Origin: Octopus sinensis
Taxonomy: Eukaryota
Assembly (NCBI RefSeq): GCF_006345805.1
Contig: NC_043004.1
Coordinates: 39,060,001-39,124,000, forward strand
Reading direction: 5' to 3'
Length of the DNA: 64,000 bases
Part shown: one piece after another, positions 53,545 through 64,000 of the stretch
Layout: each line of letters starts with the position of its first letter
Position numbering within the stretch: the stretch's first letter is position 1
Notes under the pieces: model-generated
What the model was told of the DNA's origin: nothing
The model's database searches: none
What the model saw: the letters and a program-made list of their open reading frames with translations, nothing else
Translations under genes and position numbers: made by a program

Positions 53545-54069
53545 TATATATATATATATATATCAATACAAATAAGTAAGAAGGGTGTTACAGCCGTTTC
53601 AGGCGGTTCCATTTAATCGAAAAATTGTTCGATTAAACAGAGCAACCAGAAACAGCTGTAATGCAATTGTGCAACAACATCATGCTTCAAAGGAAGGTAG
53701 AACCTTGATGTGCATTTTTGGGTAGCTGTTAATCACATGTATGAAGTCTTCCACAGAAATATGACAATCTACACTTACAGTTGCATCTTGGAGTTCGAAG
53801 GGTTTTACTGTCTTAGTTGTTTATTAGGTATTTCGTATCAATCTCTTATTTTTGGATTGCAAATGCATAATATTTTACGAGTGATGTGATGTACCAGCCA
53901 TGATTCAAAGAGAGGCTTTGCTTGTCAATATTGCTGCCTTCTTAAAGTCTTCGGGAAAGGTACCCGTGTGTGGGTGGTTGGGAGACAAACGCAAACACAA
54001 ATGCACACACATTCATTCATACATTAATACATACACACACATTTACGCGCGCGTACACATACACACACG

Positions 54070-54108
<39 letters not shown>

Positions 54109-54110
54109 TA

Positions 54111-55203
54111 ACGAGATGGCATCAAAACATTCCTGGACTTACTTGCGTTTAATAAAAATATAACATATTTACCTGAGGAGCGTAAGTTATATATAAATAT
54201 AAATAAGAAGCTAGACCACTAAGTGGATCCCTTGTATGCTAAAAAATAGACGTCAAACCATCCTACCACGAAATCTGTGTTCTCAAATTAGCAAGACGCT
54301 TGATATTTATGAGCAACACAAATGAAAAGAAATAAACATAGCACTTAATTTTATTCCTTAAGGTTTCGACATGGACAATTTAACAATTGTCTGTGTCTCC
54401 TCAGTGAAATCGGTGCTGACACAACAATGGAAGTGGACATGCTTATCGGGAGACGATAAGCATGTATAGAGTTCCAATATCATGTGTTTACCTAAGTTTT
54501 AACAAATATCTCCTTCGAAATAATCACTTTGCACAACAGTATGCCAGTTCCAACTCTCCTGCCACTTGTGGAAGCCGGTCTGGAAGTCGTTTTCCGTTAG
54601 TGCGAGTCGAGGACCTTCTGCGATTCGCTCTGGATCTCAACAACTGTGCTAAAACAGCGACCTCTGAGCTGCCTTTTCGTCTTTTGGAAGAGATGGAGGT
54701 CCGCAGGTGCTACATACGGCGAATAGGACGGGTGCAAAAGCGAGACCTTGTTGATTTTGAAGAGAAACTCATCAGTGAGAAGAGCTCAGTGAAGAATCAA
54801 ATTCTTCGCGCTCCACAGATCCGGTCGCTTTTGCCGAATGTACGCGATGTGAAATACTACATATCCAGGGGTGGCGCTCGTGGAAGGACTTCCAGATCGC
54901 TCATTGTCTTTCAGGGCCGTTTTTCCGCTTTTGAAGCAGCCGTACCATCCACAACATTGCGTACGGCCCACTGCCTCGTCGTCGTAAGCATCCTTAACGT
55001 CACTGTAGCAGACTTCACATCTTTAATGTATAATTCCATGTTGGCTCTTTATTCCTGTCCAAGATAAAATCGCAATGCTATAGCATGCACATGATCACAA
55101 GAACACACATTTTACATCTTGCGCAGTAAACACAGTGATGTCACGCGGCAATTGCCTCAATAGGATTACTGCTAGCCCTCACTACGTTTTCATACCACCT
55201 CGC
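54111..55203 (-). mobile_element. Internally deleted mariner whose 3' end is split by a ~300-bp insertion (~54180-54485)
   Basis: TIR-like ends ACGAGATGGCATCAAAAC and (reverse) GCGAGGTGGTATGAAAAC. N-terminal AYDDEAVGRTQC..WY..FKSG...DNERSGSPS is fused to C-terminal HPSYSPYVAPADLHLF. AGGTAAA is seen on both sides of the insertion. Confidence 0.8.
54348..54410 (-). ncRNA. Type I hammerhead ribozyme-like motif (Penelope-type), probably inactivated
   Basis: ATTTCA-CTGAGGA-GACA[cagacaattgttaaattgtcca]TGTC-GAAA-CCTTAAGG-AA-TAAAAT: core boxes, stem II, palindromic stem III and stem I. The U16.1 position is A in this copy. Confidence 0.65.
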
Positions 55204-55409
55204 AAATATATACATACACCCCCACACATACACACACACATACATACATACATACATACATACATACATACATACATACATACATACATACATACATACA
55301 CATGTGTGTGTGTGTGTGTATGTGCGTGTATGTATATCTCGCTGAGAGATTAAAACAAGTTGCTTTTCTCTGTACGAGATCAGCGAATGTGTGTCGCTTA
55401 AAGAATATT

Positions 55410-55918
55410 TAGTGTTTGCGGCTGGAGAAGGCGTTCATCAACAGCCAGTGATTGTGTCACACTGAGGATGGTTAACAACCCAGAAACCATAGTCTGTGAG
55501 TATCACTTAAGGCTGGAGATGGAAGCGATGATCTCCCTTGCAAACACTGTACGGACACAGACTGTGCGTCAATAGCCAGCTGGAAAAGATGTTTTCCTGG
55601 GGCTTAAACAACAGTAACATCGTTAACAGTAACGTCGTTAATAGGGCCACCAAATTCTGTTGGCAAATAAACTTTACTATTTGGTACTGTTACTGTAGAT
55701 CTAGTGTTTCCAAGTGGAGAAAGCGTTCATAAAGAGTCAGTGATTGTCTCACGCTGAGGACGAGTAACCACCCAGAAATAACCACCTAGAAACCACGGTC
55801 TGTGAGTATCATGTAAGGATGAAGATTTAAGCAATGCCCCCCCCCCTTGCAAACACTATACGGACATAGACTGTGAGACGGTATCCAACTGGAAGAGATG
55901 TTTTCCTGGGGCTTAAAC
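55410..55918. repeat. Two diverged ~200-bp direct repeats (55410-55609; 55702-55918) of an interspersed family
   Basis: Both run TAGTGTTT...TGGAGAA(G/A)GCGTTCAT...GATGTTTTCCTGGGGCTTAAAC. Confidence 0.85.
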
Positions 55919-56315
55919 TTCACTATGTATATATGTGTATGTGTGTGTGCATGTGTACGTGTGTGTATGCGCGTGTGTGTGTGTGGGGGGGATCATGATT
56001 TCAATTATTGTGGTCTTGGGCAAAACACTTCATCTCGCGTTGCTCAGCGATTACTCCAGCACCTGGCGCTTGATAGACCGTGTACCTGTTCAGACAACGT
56101 CAGTTTGATGGAGAGAGTGAGCTAATATTCTGAACGAATATTTGATTAGTTTAAGCAAATGATATATGCAGGTGGTTCGGCAAGCGTTGAACACTCATAC
56201 GTCGGCTTAGACGAGAGAGTCCATCATAAATATGTATGTAAATACACACACACACACATCCAATCCTAAGACATTTCTTTATGAAGGCTTGTTTTTATAT
56301 TTTCATTTTCAGGTA

Positions 56316-56722
56316 TACTCTTTTACTCTTTTACTTGTTTCAGTCATTTGGCTGTGGCCATGCTGGAGCACCGCCTTTAGTCGAGCAAATCGACCCCGGG
56401 ACTTATTCTTTGTAAGCCCAGAACTTATTTTATAGGTCTCTTTTGCCGAACCGCTAAGTGACGGGGACGTAAACACACCAGCATCGGTTGTCAAGCAATG
56501 CTAGGGGGACAAACACACACACACAAACACACACATACACATATATATATACATATATACGACAGGCTTCTTTCAGTTTCCGTCTACCAAATCCACTCAC
56601 AAGGCATTGGTCGGCCCGGGGCTATAGCAGAAGACACCTGCCCAAGATGCCACGCAGTGGGACTGAACCCGGAACCATGTGGTTGGTTAGCAAGCTACTT
56701 ACCACACAGCCACTCCTGCGCC
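56316..56722 (-). mobile_element. Family-A SINE
   Basis: Reverse-complement full-length match. Confidence 0.92.
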
Positions 56723-57115
56723 TATGATATATATATCAATACATAGAAAAATTTAGGATTTATGTTAAAACGCTGATCTAGTACTATTCAAGCAAAATTT
56801 ATATGCATATATATTATAAAGAAAAAATTGGAAGTGTCGAATGTGTATTAGTATTTTACAGACGGGACATGTAATTTCGAACGCAGTATAACTGTGAACA
56901 CAGTAAAAAAAAATTTAGTATTTACCCTTAGAAGGCGGAAACAGGGATCCCAACATGCGAGTCTGGGATTACAACACGTATCCCGCAAGAACTAGCTAAG
57001 ATCCCTACCATTAAGCTAAACGATCGCTGACAACAATTACCGTCCATTTTAAAGCTAAATGATAGGTTTTTCGAATTCGACAATATCTTATAAATCAACG
57101 TGCATGGTATTTTAA

Positions 57116-57520
57116 GACGGTGAGTTGGCAGAAACATTAGCACGCCGGACAGAATGCTTAGCGGTATTTCGTCTGCCGCTACGTTCTGAGTTCAAATTCC
57201 GCCGAGGTTGACTTTGCCTTTCATCCTTTCGGGGTCGATAAATTAAGTACCAGTTAATCACTGGGGTCGATATAATCGACTTTATCCGTTTGTCTGACCG
57301 TGTTTGTCCTCTCTGTGTTTAGCCCCTTGTGGGTAGTAAAGAAATAGGTACTTCGTCTGTCTTTGCGTTCAGAGTTCAAATTCCGCCGAGGTCGGCTTTG
57401 CCTTTCATATTTTCGGGGTCGATACATTAAGTACCAGTTGCATACTGGGGCCGATCAAATCGACTGGCTTTTACCCCCCAAATTTCGGGCTTTCTGTATG
57501 GTATATTACAGAAAAGAGAT
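57116..57520 (+). mobile_element. Dimeric family-B SINE (unit 1 with Tx1-like tail, unit 2 with alternative tail)
   Basis: Unit 1 ends ...GTAGTAAAGAAATA (57346). Unit 2 starts GGTACTTCGTCTG (57347). Confidence 0.87.
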
Positions 57521-58230
57521 TAAATTTTGAACGCAGTAAAGCTGTGAAAATAGCGAGTATAAACCCTTATTTAATTTGTTGTTTAAAATGGGTGTGCATG
57601 TATATATATACACACACACATACATATATTTATATATATGTGTGTCTGTTTGAAAAATGCTGATGAATAGTGATAATGCCTTAAAGTTTTACTTACACAC
57701 ACAAACACATATATATACATGCATGGATATATACATAATACAACCTCCCCAAATACGGTAGTCGGTGACATCAGGCCATATATATGCATGACCAATCAGC
57801 ATTGATTAAGAAAAAGTAGAGTTAGCTAGGACGAAGAAATATATGATTGGCTGCAAGTGAGATAATCAATGACTAGCTTGTTGCAAGAATTCACCTGACT
57901 AGGTGGTTACTATAGATACTTCAACGTCATGTTATCAATTAAGAAGGTAGATGAAATTCGATCTGACATACATCCCTCACCTGTATGCTGTTTACGATGT
58001 GATTATGTTGATATGTATATGTGCGTGTACGTGAATGTTTAAGTAAATATTTATATACGTATATATATGTGTGTGTGTGTTTATTTATGTGTATCTGTGT
58101 GTGTGCGTGTGTATGCGTAGTCGTGTATATGTATTGAAAGAGACAGAGAAGGAGAAACAAATTCACTGCAAAGAAGTTACATATGCATAAATATATACAT
58201 ATCTATATGTATGTGTGTGCTTGTATATAT

Positions 58231-58274
<44 letters not shown>

Positions 58275-58539
58275 CATATATACAGATAAGTATGTATGTA
58301 AGTATAAATATATGTGTGTGTGTGTGAGTGTAGTTATATATGCAAATATATGCATCTGTGTGTGTGTGTTCATGCGTGTACGTGTGCATAGTTCTTCTCT
58401 TTAATAACTTTTTATTTCTCACTCCATAAACCTAGAAGCACATTCAAATTCGCACATGCTTGCTAGCGACGGAGTCAATGAAAACTCGGGTATCGTATCG
58501 ATGTGACGCTTTGCAGTGTAGAGGAAAAATATATAATAT

Positions 58540-58745
58540 AATACAATACGATATAATATAATATAATATAATATAATATAATATAATATAATATAATATA
58601 ATATAATATGATATGATTGATATGATATGATATGATATGATATGATATAATATAATATAATACAATATAATATAATGCAATATAATATAATACAATATAA
58701 TATAATATAATGCAATATAATATAATATGATATAATATAATGTCA
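58540..58745. repeat. (ATATA)n/(ATATG)n pentanucleotide repeat
   Basis: Direct reading of the sequence. Confidence 0.95.
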
Positions 58746-58855
58746 TATGATATCTACTACATATGTGGGAAATTCCGTCTCTTGGTGTGTTTGTGGAGTT
58801 GTTAGCTAACTCCCCCTACATCGTTTTATCGGCTGATCAAGATATTCCCATGCCC

Positions 58856-58930
58856 GGGCATATGGCGTAGTGGTTAAGAGCACGGGCTACTAACCCCATG
58901 AATCCGAGTTTGATTCCAAGCAGTAACCTA

Positions 58931-59009
<79 letters not shown>

Positions 59010-59147
59010 TCTAAAACTACTTTAGAAATGAGAACCCAGATTCGACATTTCCCCAACACACCTGATGAAAGCTGGAGTATATATCAGCCGAAACGGCTGT
59101 GTTAGCAACTAACAAGATGGGGACAAATATCTGTCAAATGTAAATAA

Positions 59148-59150
<3 letters not shown>
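58856..59150 (+). mobile_element. tRNA-like Pol III head + (AAT)n + hammerhead-like tail
   Basis: A box TGGCGTAGTGG (58863-58873), B-box-like GAGTTTGATTCC (58906-58917), (AAT)n, then AACACAC-CTGATGA-AAGCTG..CAGCC-GAAAC-GGCT-GTGTT (59055-59103). Confidence 0.7.
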
Positions 59151-59188
<38 letters not shown>

Positions 59189-59330
59189 TATATATGTGTG
59201 TTGTATATATATATATTATATATATATATATATATATAATTTTTTTTATCTGTGAATTCATAAAGACAGAAATTATATATCCACCAATGCGGTGTTGAGC
59301 ACGAATTTCATCGATCGACATTTACGTACA

Positions 59331-59732
59331 TACTCTTACTCTTTTACTATTTTATTTGTTCCAGTCATTTGTCTCTAGCCATGCTGGAGCACCGCCATTA
59401 GTCGAGCAAATCGACACCAGGACTTATTCTTTGTAAGCCTAGTACTTATTCTATCGGTTTCTTTTGCCAAACTGCTAAGTTACGGAGACGTAAACACACC
59501 AGCATCGGTTGTCAAGCGATGTTGGGGGGACAAACACTGACACACAAACATACACACACACACACACACACACACATATACGACGGGCTTCTTTCAGTTT
59601 CCGTCTACCAAATCCATTCACAAGGCCCGAGGCTATAGTAGAAGATACTTGCTCAAGGTGCCACACAGTGGGACTGAACCCGGAACCATGTGGTTGGTAA
59701 GCAAGCTATTTACCACACAGCCATTCCTACGC
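59331..59732 (-). mobile_element. Family-A SINE
   Basis: Reverse-complement match with a short internal deletion. Confidence 0.9.
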
Positions 59733-59863
59733 ATGTACATACATACATACATACATATATATATATGTATGAATAAAAAACGCAGGTTTAAACAAGTATT
59801 GCTGCCCTGGTAACTATTTATTTATTTTTCCGTGTTAATTGTTAACAAGGTAAAAATACACTC

Positions 59864-59945
<82 letters not shown>

Positions 59946-60150
59946 AGTTAATATGTGAAAGCACAAAGAGAAAATACAACAACGCGAGAACGTGGAACAA
60001 GTATAGTGTTATTGGACGCTCAGGAAAGGAAAGAAAGGAGGAGGATTTAACGTTTCAAGCGGAGCTCTTCGTCAGAAACATAGAAAAAGGAAAGGTCCAA
60101 GGAAGGGAAGACGGAAAAAGAAAATCGCCAACGATACACACGCGGTCATA
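59946..60150 (-). mobile_element. ~200-bp non-autonomous element with minimal hammerhead (60079-60045)
   Basis: GTTT-CTGACGA-A-GAGC-TCC-GCTT-GAAAC-GTT-AAAT. Microsatellites lie on both sides. Confidence 0.68.
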
Positions 60151-61050
60151 CACACACACACCTCGCATTCAGTTCTCTATATATGTATACCTCGCATACG
60201 GCTACCCGAAGGAAAGAAACTTCGTTTAGTTGGGGAAAGTTGGTATAGAGATCTAATAACTGAAATGGGGAAAATGTAAATACAATGACCAAAAATCCTT
60301 TCAAATTTCATTATATATCTACTGTTATTAGAGATGTTAGACAATGAAACGGGTTGCCCAGTTAAACATTTTTATGAACAAAGTAATTAGGAAAAAATAC
60401 TATGAAACCTTTTTTAAAGACACCAATATAGGTTTGGACACTAGTTTATAATATCAAAGAAAAGTTCAAAGTAAGTTATATGAATGTAGTCATCAAGCGA
60501 CATTTTAAGCAGAAGTTTACCGTTACTGCCTCTCAGCAATATTTCATTCAATATTTGCTTCCTCTTACTCTTACTCCATTCATTTATCTCCATTTATAAC
60601 TTCATGATAATGTAACCCATACGTAGACTAGACCATCTCAATGATAATTATATGTTACAAGTAATTTGTCTACCATTTATTACGCCAACAAAACGGAAGA
60701 TGAAAACCTCCGGTACTTAAAATTCAGTAATCCGATTTTTTTCAGCTTTTATATACAAATACAAATACCACTCTACTTTGTTATAAACTGTTATTAAGTT
60801 TATTACGAACTTTTTTCTACGCCTCAAGATATATGTGTATAAATAAATGAATATATATGCGTATGTAGAGAGAAATAAAGAGATATTTACATATATACAT
60901 ATACATATAGACATATACAAATATATATAGATATATACATACATATATACACATGCACACACATATACACACATGCAATGCATATATATGTATAAATATA
61001 TATATATACATATATGTGTATATATATATATATGTATATATGTATATATG

Positions 61051-61096
<46 letters not shown>

Positions 61097-61514
61097 TGTA
61101 TATATATATATAAATACAATAAGATGCCTCCAAATAGGAAAGCCTTGTGCTAGAAGGAGCAGTAGAAAACTCAAACCACCAAATAAGGATAAATTCTCGA
61201 AAGGAATGAAAATTAAAAACGTTTAACATCTCAACTATTTCCCAGACCATGGTTTCTAACTATTTCCAGTAAAAGAATATTCGCTGAAGGCCAGTTTCAT
61301 CAGTGGGACAGCCTTTCGATTTCAAATATACACACAGCCAGATCCACATGTAAAACTAACTGCCAGTATATCCTAACTTTTCAAACCACTGCGCAGACGC
61401 AGATTATACCCGGCGACAGAGAGGATGCCGGTAAAAATTTCGAACAAATTTATCAAAGAATATTTAAACATAATAAATAACAATAGGGTAATATTGTTAT
61501 TTATTATGTTTATA

Positions 61515-61548
<34 letters not shown>

Positions 61549-61984
61549 ACTGAGTGTATTTTCTTATAAAAGTACTTACTTTGCTCTTGCCGAATTATGC
61601 TCCCCTATTACGTTTCGCTTCACACTCCGCTAGTATACATCTTTCCCTTCTGTTTTCTGTGTGCCTGTTTATGTATTCCGCTCTGCCTGTCCGTGCGTTC
61701 TTTTCTTCTTATCTAACTACTTTTGGTTTGCTCATTTACACACTACCAAGTACACAACTGATTGCCAAACCTCTAGATCCAACAGTGATAAGTAAATAGG
61801 TATTAAGCCATAGCTGTTTGCCGTCTGTTGTGGATTTTCATCCCTCATACACACACCAAGATGATAACCATCATGAATACGATGTAAAGAAATGTTGCTG
61901 CAGTCGAGATTTTGCTGTCGTTCTTTATATATTACTGACCACGGATACTGTTTTAACAAATTATCACATCAGCAACAATACTAG

Positions 61985-62717
61985 CCTGTCGGCTCTACTC
62001 CTGCAACTCAACTTGATTTCGAGCCGGGTCGTCTGCTGCTGGAGAGGACCGATCAGGTAAAGGACCTGGGTATCTTGGTGGATTCCTCCTTTTCGCCTTC
62101 AGCCCAGTGCGTCCATGCTGCCAACAAAGCACGCGGAATTCTGTTCTTGATTCGACAGTCATTCGGAATGCTCACAGCAGCCATATTCCTACCACTCTAT
62201 GTCACGCTGGTGAGACCCATATTGGAGTATGGGATTCAAGCCTCTTCTCCTTATCTCCTCAAAGACATACAGCATCTCGAAAGAGTCCAGAAGCTGGCTA
62301 CCCGCATAGTTCATGGTCTCAAAAATTTGTCCTACGAAGAAAGGCTGAGGACGCTCGACCTTTATTCTCTTGAAAAACGCCGCCGCCGTGGTGATCTCAT
62401 TCTCGCCCACAACATCATAAGCGGAAAGTGTAACCTCTCGAAAGAGCTGTTCTTCACTCCTGCTCCAGAGCGTCGGCTGCGGGGTCATTCCGAAAAGCTC
62501 TACCTGCGACGATTTCATCTCAATCGAAGGAGAGGAGCTTTCTCCGTCCGGGTTGCGGATCCGTGGAACAAGCTGCCAGACGAGATAGTGAAGATGCCGA
62601 CGACCGCTTTGTTCAAAGCCTCCCTGGACCTCAAGTGGCCTGAACTCTTTACATGAACACCACCCTGTACTTAACTCCATGTCCTTGAGCCAAATTAACT
62701 AACTAACTAACTAACTA
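61985..62717 (+). mobile_element. 5'-truncated CR1-clade LINE with uninterrupted RT C-terminal ORF and (CTAA)n tail
   Basis: VKDLGILVDS...LYVTLVRPILEYG...LERVQK.ATR...YEERL..LDLYSLEKRRRRGDLI...RGHSEKL...FSVRVADPWNKLP, open to the stop at 62656. Tail AACTAACTAACT to ~62717. Confidence 0.95.
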
Positions 62718-62924
62718 GCAACATAGTTATAACGACATCAATTGCATCAATAACAACTTTAAACTCATCATATAACCAATACCTAGTTTTAATGAATACT
62801 TTATATTAAGGATGATACATAATATCAAATTCTATAGTAAAATATACGAATGAGATGTACAGTTATGTGTACGTTTCAAGCAATATTAGCGGAGCATAAC
62901 TGAGACAAATGGAGAAGTTTAAAT

Positions 62925-63345
62925 GACACGGATTTGTAATCACAGTTAACGAGAAGCTGGACTCTGAATTGGGTACTCGAATTGCAGTAATTCACCGGCT
63001 CCAGCATTCGCTCCTCAAAAGAGAAAAGGTTGGTAAGAAAGCCAAACTCGTTGTCTTCAAATCAGTCTGCATGTCTGTCCTCATCTATAGTTATAAATGT
63101 TGGTTAATGACCGACAGTGTATGATGGCGAATATAAATGGCCAAAATAGGGTTCCTCCGAAGGATCTCTGAAATAACGTAACACTTCGGAGATTCTCAGG
63201 TCGAGCTGATACTCCTCTGCATTGAAATGTTGCAACTTCAGTACTACGGGAATGTATCTCAAACGTCACAAGGAAGAATTGCAAGATGGATTGTTCAAGC
63301 CGAGCCAAACCACAATTAACGTAGAGATCGACCAAGATTAAGATT
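62925..63345 (+). mobile_element. RTE-clade LINE fragment
   Basis: KAKLVVFKSV...LIYSYKCWLMT...GFLRRIS...IEMLQLQYYGNV...RDRPR, with stops. Confidence 0.8.
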
Positions 63346-63484
63346 ACTAGTCATGTTTTGTAATTCAGTTGGAAAGCATGCATAATGATGGTTGTTTCTG
63401 ACAGGAACCTATGGAGAATGTCCATCAGGACTTTATCCCTATAACCCTCCCAGAAATAGTAGTCCGAGAAGATGGATGGGTTGA

Positions 63485-63603
63485 TAAAGAAACAGAGAGA
63501 GAGAGACAGAGAGAGAAAAGAGAGAGAGAAGAGAGAAGAGAGAGAGAGAAAAGAGAGAGAGAGAAAAGAGAGAGAGAGAAAAGAGAGAGAGAGAGAGGAA
63601 GAG
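63485..63603. repeat. (GA)n repeat with periodic AAA interruptions
   Basis: Direct reading of the sequence. Confidence 0.95.
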
Positions 63604-64000
63604 AGATTGTGAATGAACTACTTGCACTCTTTATTTTATCTAACGAACTCATCAGATTTTCATGACTTTTCCTCATAGCCTCTTTCTGTTCCGCTCTATC
63701 AAACACTTTCTATATTCAATTTTTCCGTCTCTATCTCGTTTGTTCTTTTTCTTTTTCCTTATCCTTCTACTGTGTCTACTTTCTCCTTCTCTTCTCTTTC
63801 TCTTGTTTTCGTCTGTTGTCACTCTTGTAGCATTAAATTGCTAAATCTTCAAAACAGTAAACGTCTAATGTTTGAAGTAGCATTAGTCGAATTTGAGAGC
63901 ATCTGTACTATAATATTCAGCTTTCTGTTTCTTGCATTATATTTCCGTCGGTGTTAAATTTGCTTCCTATCCTCCCACTAATGCCAACTCAGATTAGGAT

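Noticed and set aside
53771-53870. Strong minus-strand donor (GTAAGTG) upstream of the coiled-coil exon
   Set aside because: All three frames hit stops within ~40-60 nt and there is no good acceptor.
54462-55067. 201-aa plus-strand ORF (also 37266-37670, 62189-62680, 15335-15892, 15598-16185, 316-1085)
   Set aside because: These are antisense shadows of mariner, RTE, CR1 or ORF1 coding sequence on the other strand.
57785-57860. Two CCAAT-box-like motifs (CCAATCAGC, GATTGGCTG)
   Set aside because: No associated transcript start or CpG island evidence; too short to call a promoter.

Overview
This is AT-rich, microsatellite-dense eukaryotic DNA, most likely from an octopus (inferred from the recurrent tRNA-derived SINE families; not verified by search). 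It is almost entirely transposon-derived. It holds a frameshifted Tx1/L1-clade LINE (1-4.9 kb), a candidate solo LTR, a DD34E Tc1 element, a degenerate full-length Mag-type gypsy element (15.0-21.8 kb), a second 5'-only gypsy, two Penelope-like relics, mariner/MITE derivatives, RTE, CR1 and RLE-LINE fragments, and about 15 SINE copies. Two phase-compatible exons of a probable host coiled-coil gene lie on the minus strand at 49.9-52.0 kb. The most unusual signals are: (1) an ORF1-only (half-L1-like) retroelement with an 18-bp TSD nested in the gypsy 3' LTR, next to a second copy of its own 3' tail; (2) a ~40-nt 3' tail shared by the Tx1 LINE, the ORF1-only element and a SINE family, suggesting one LINE machinery serving two classes of dependants; (3) several dispersed minimal hammerhead-ribozyme motifs, one downstream of a Pol III-type head; (4) two near-perfect fold-back structures, one inserted exactly on the gypsy YLDD codons. 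No CRISPR array, rRNA gene or intact tRNA gene was found.
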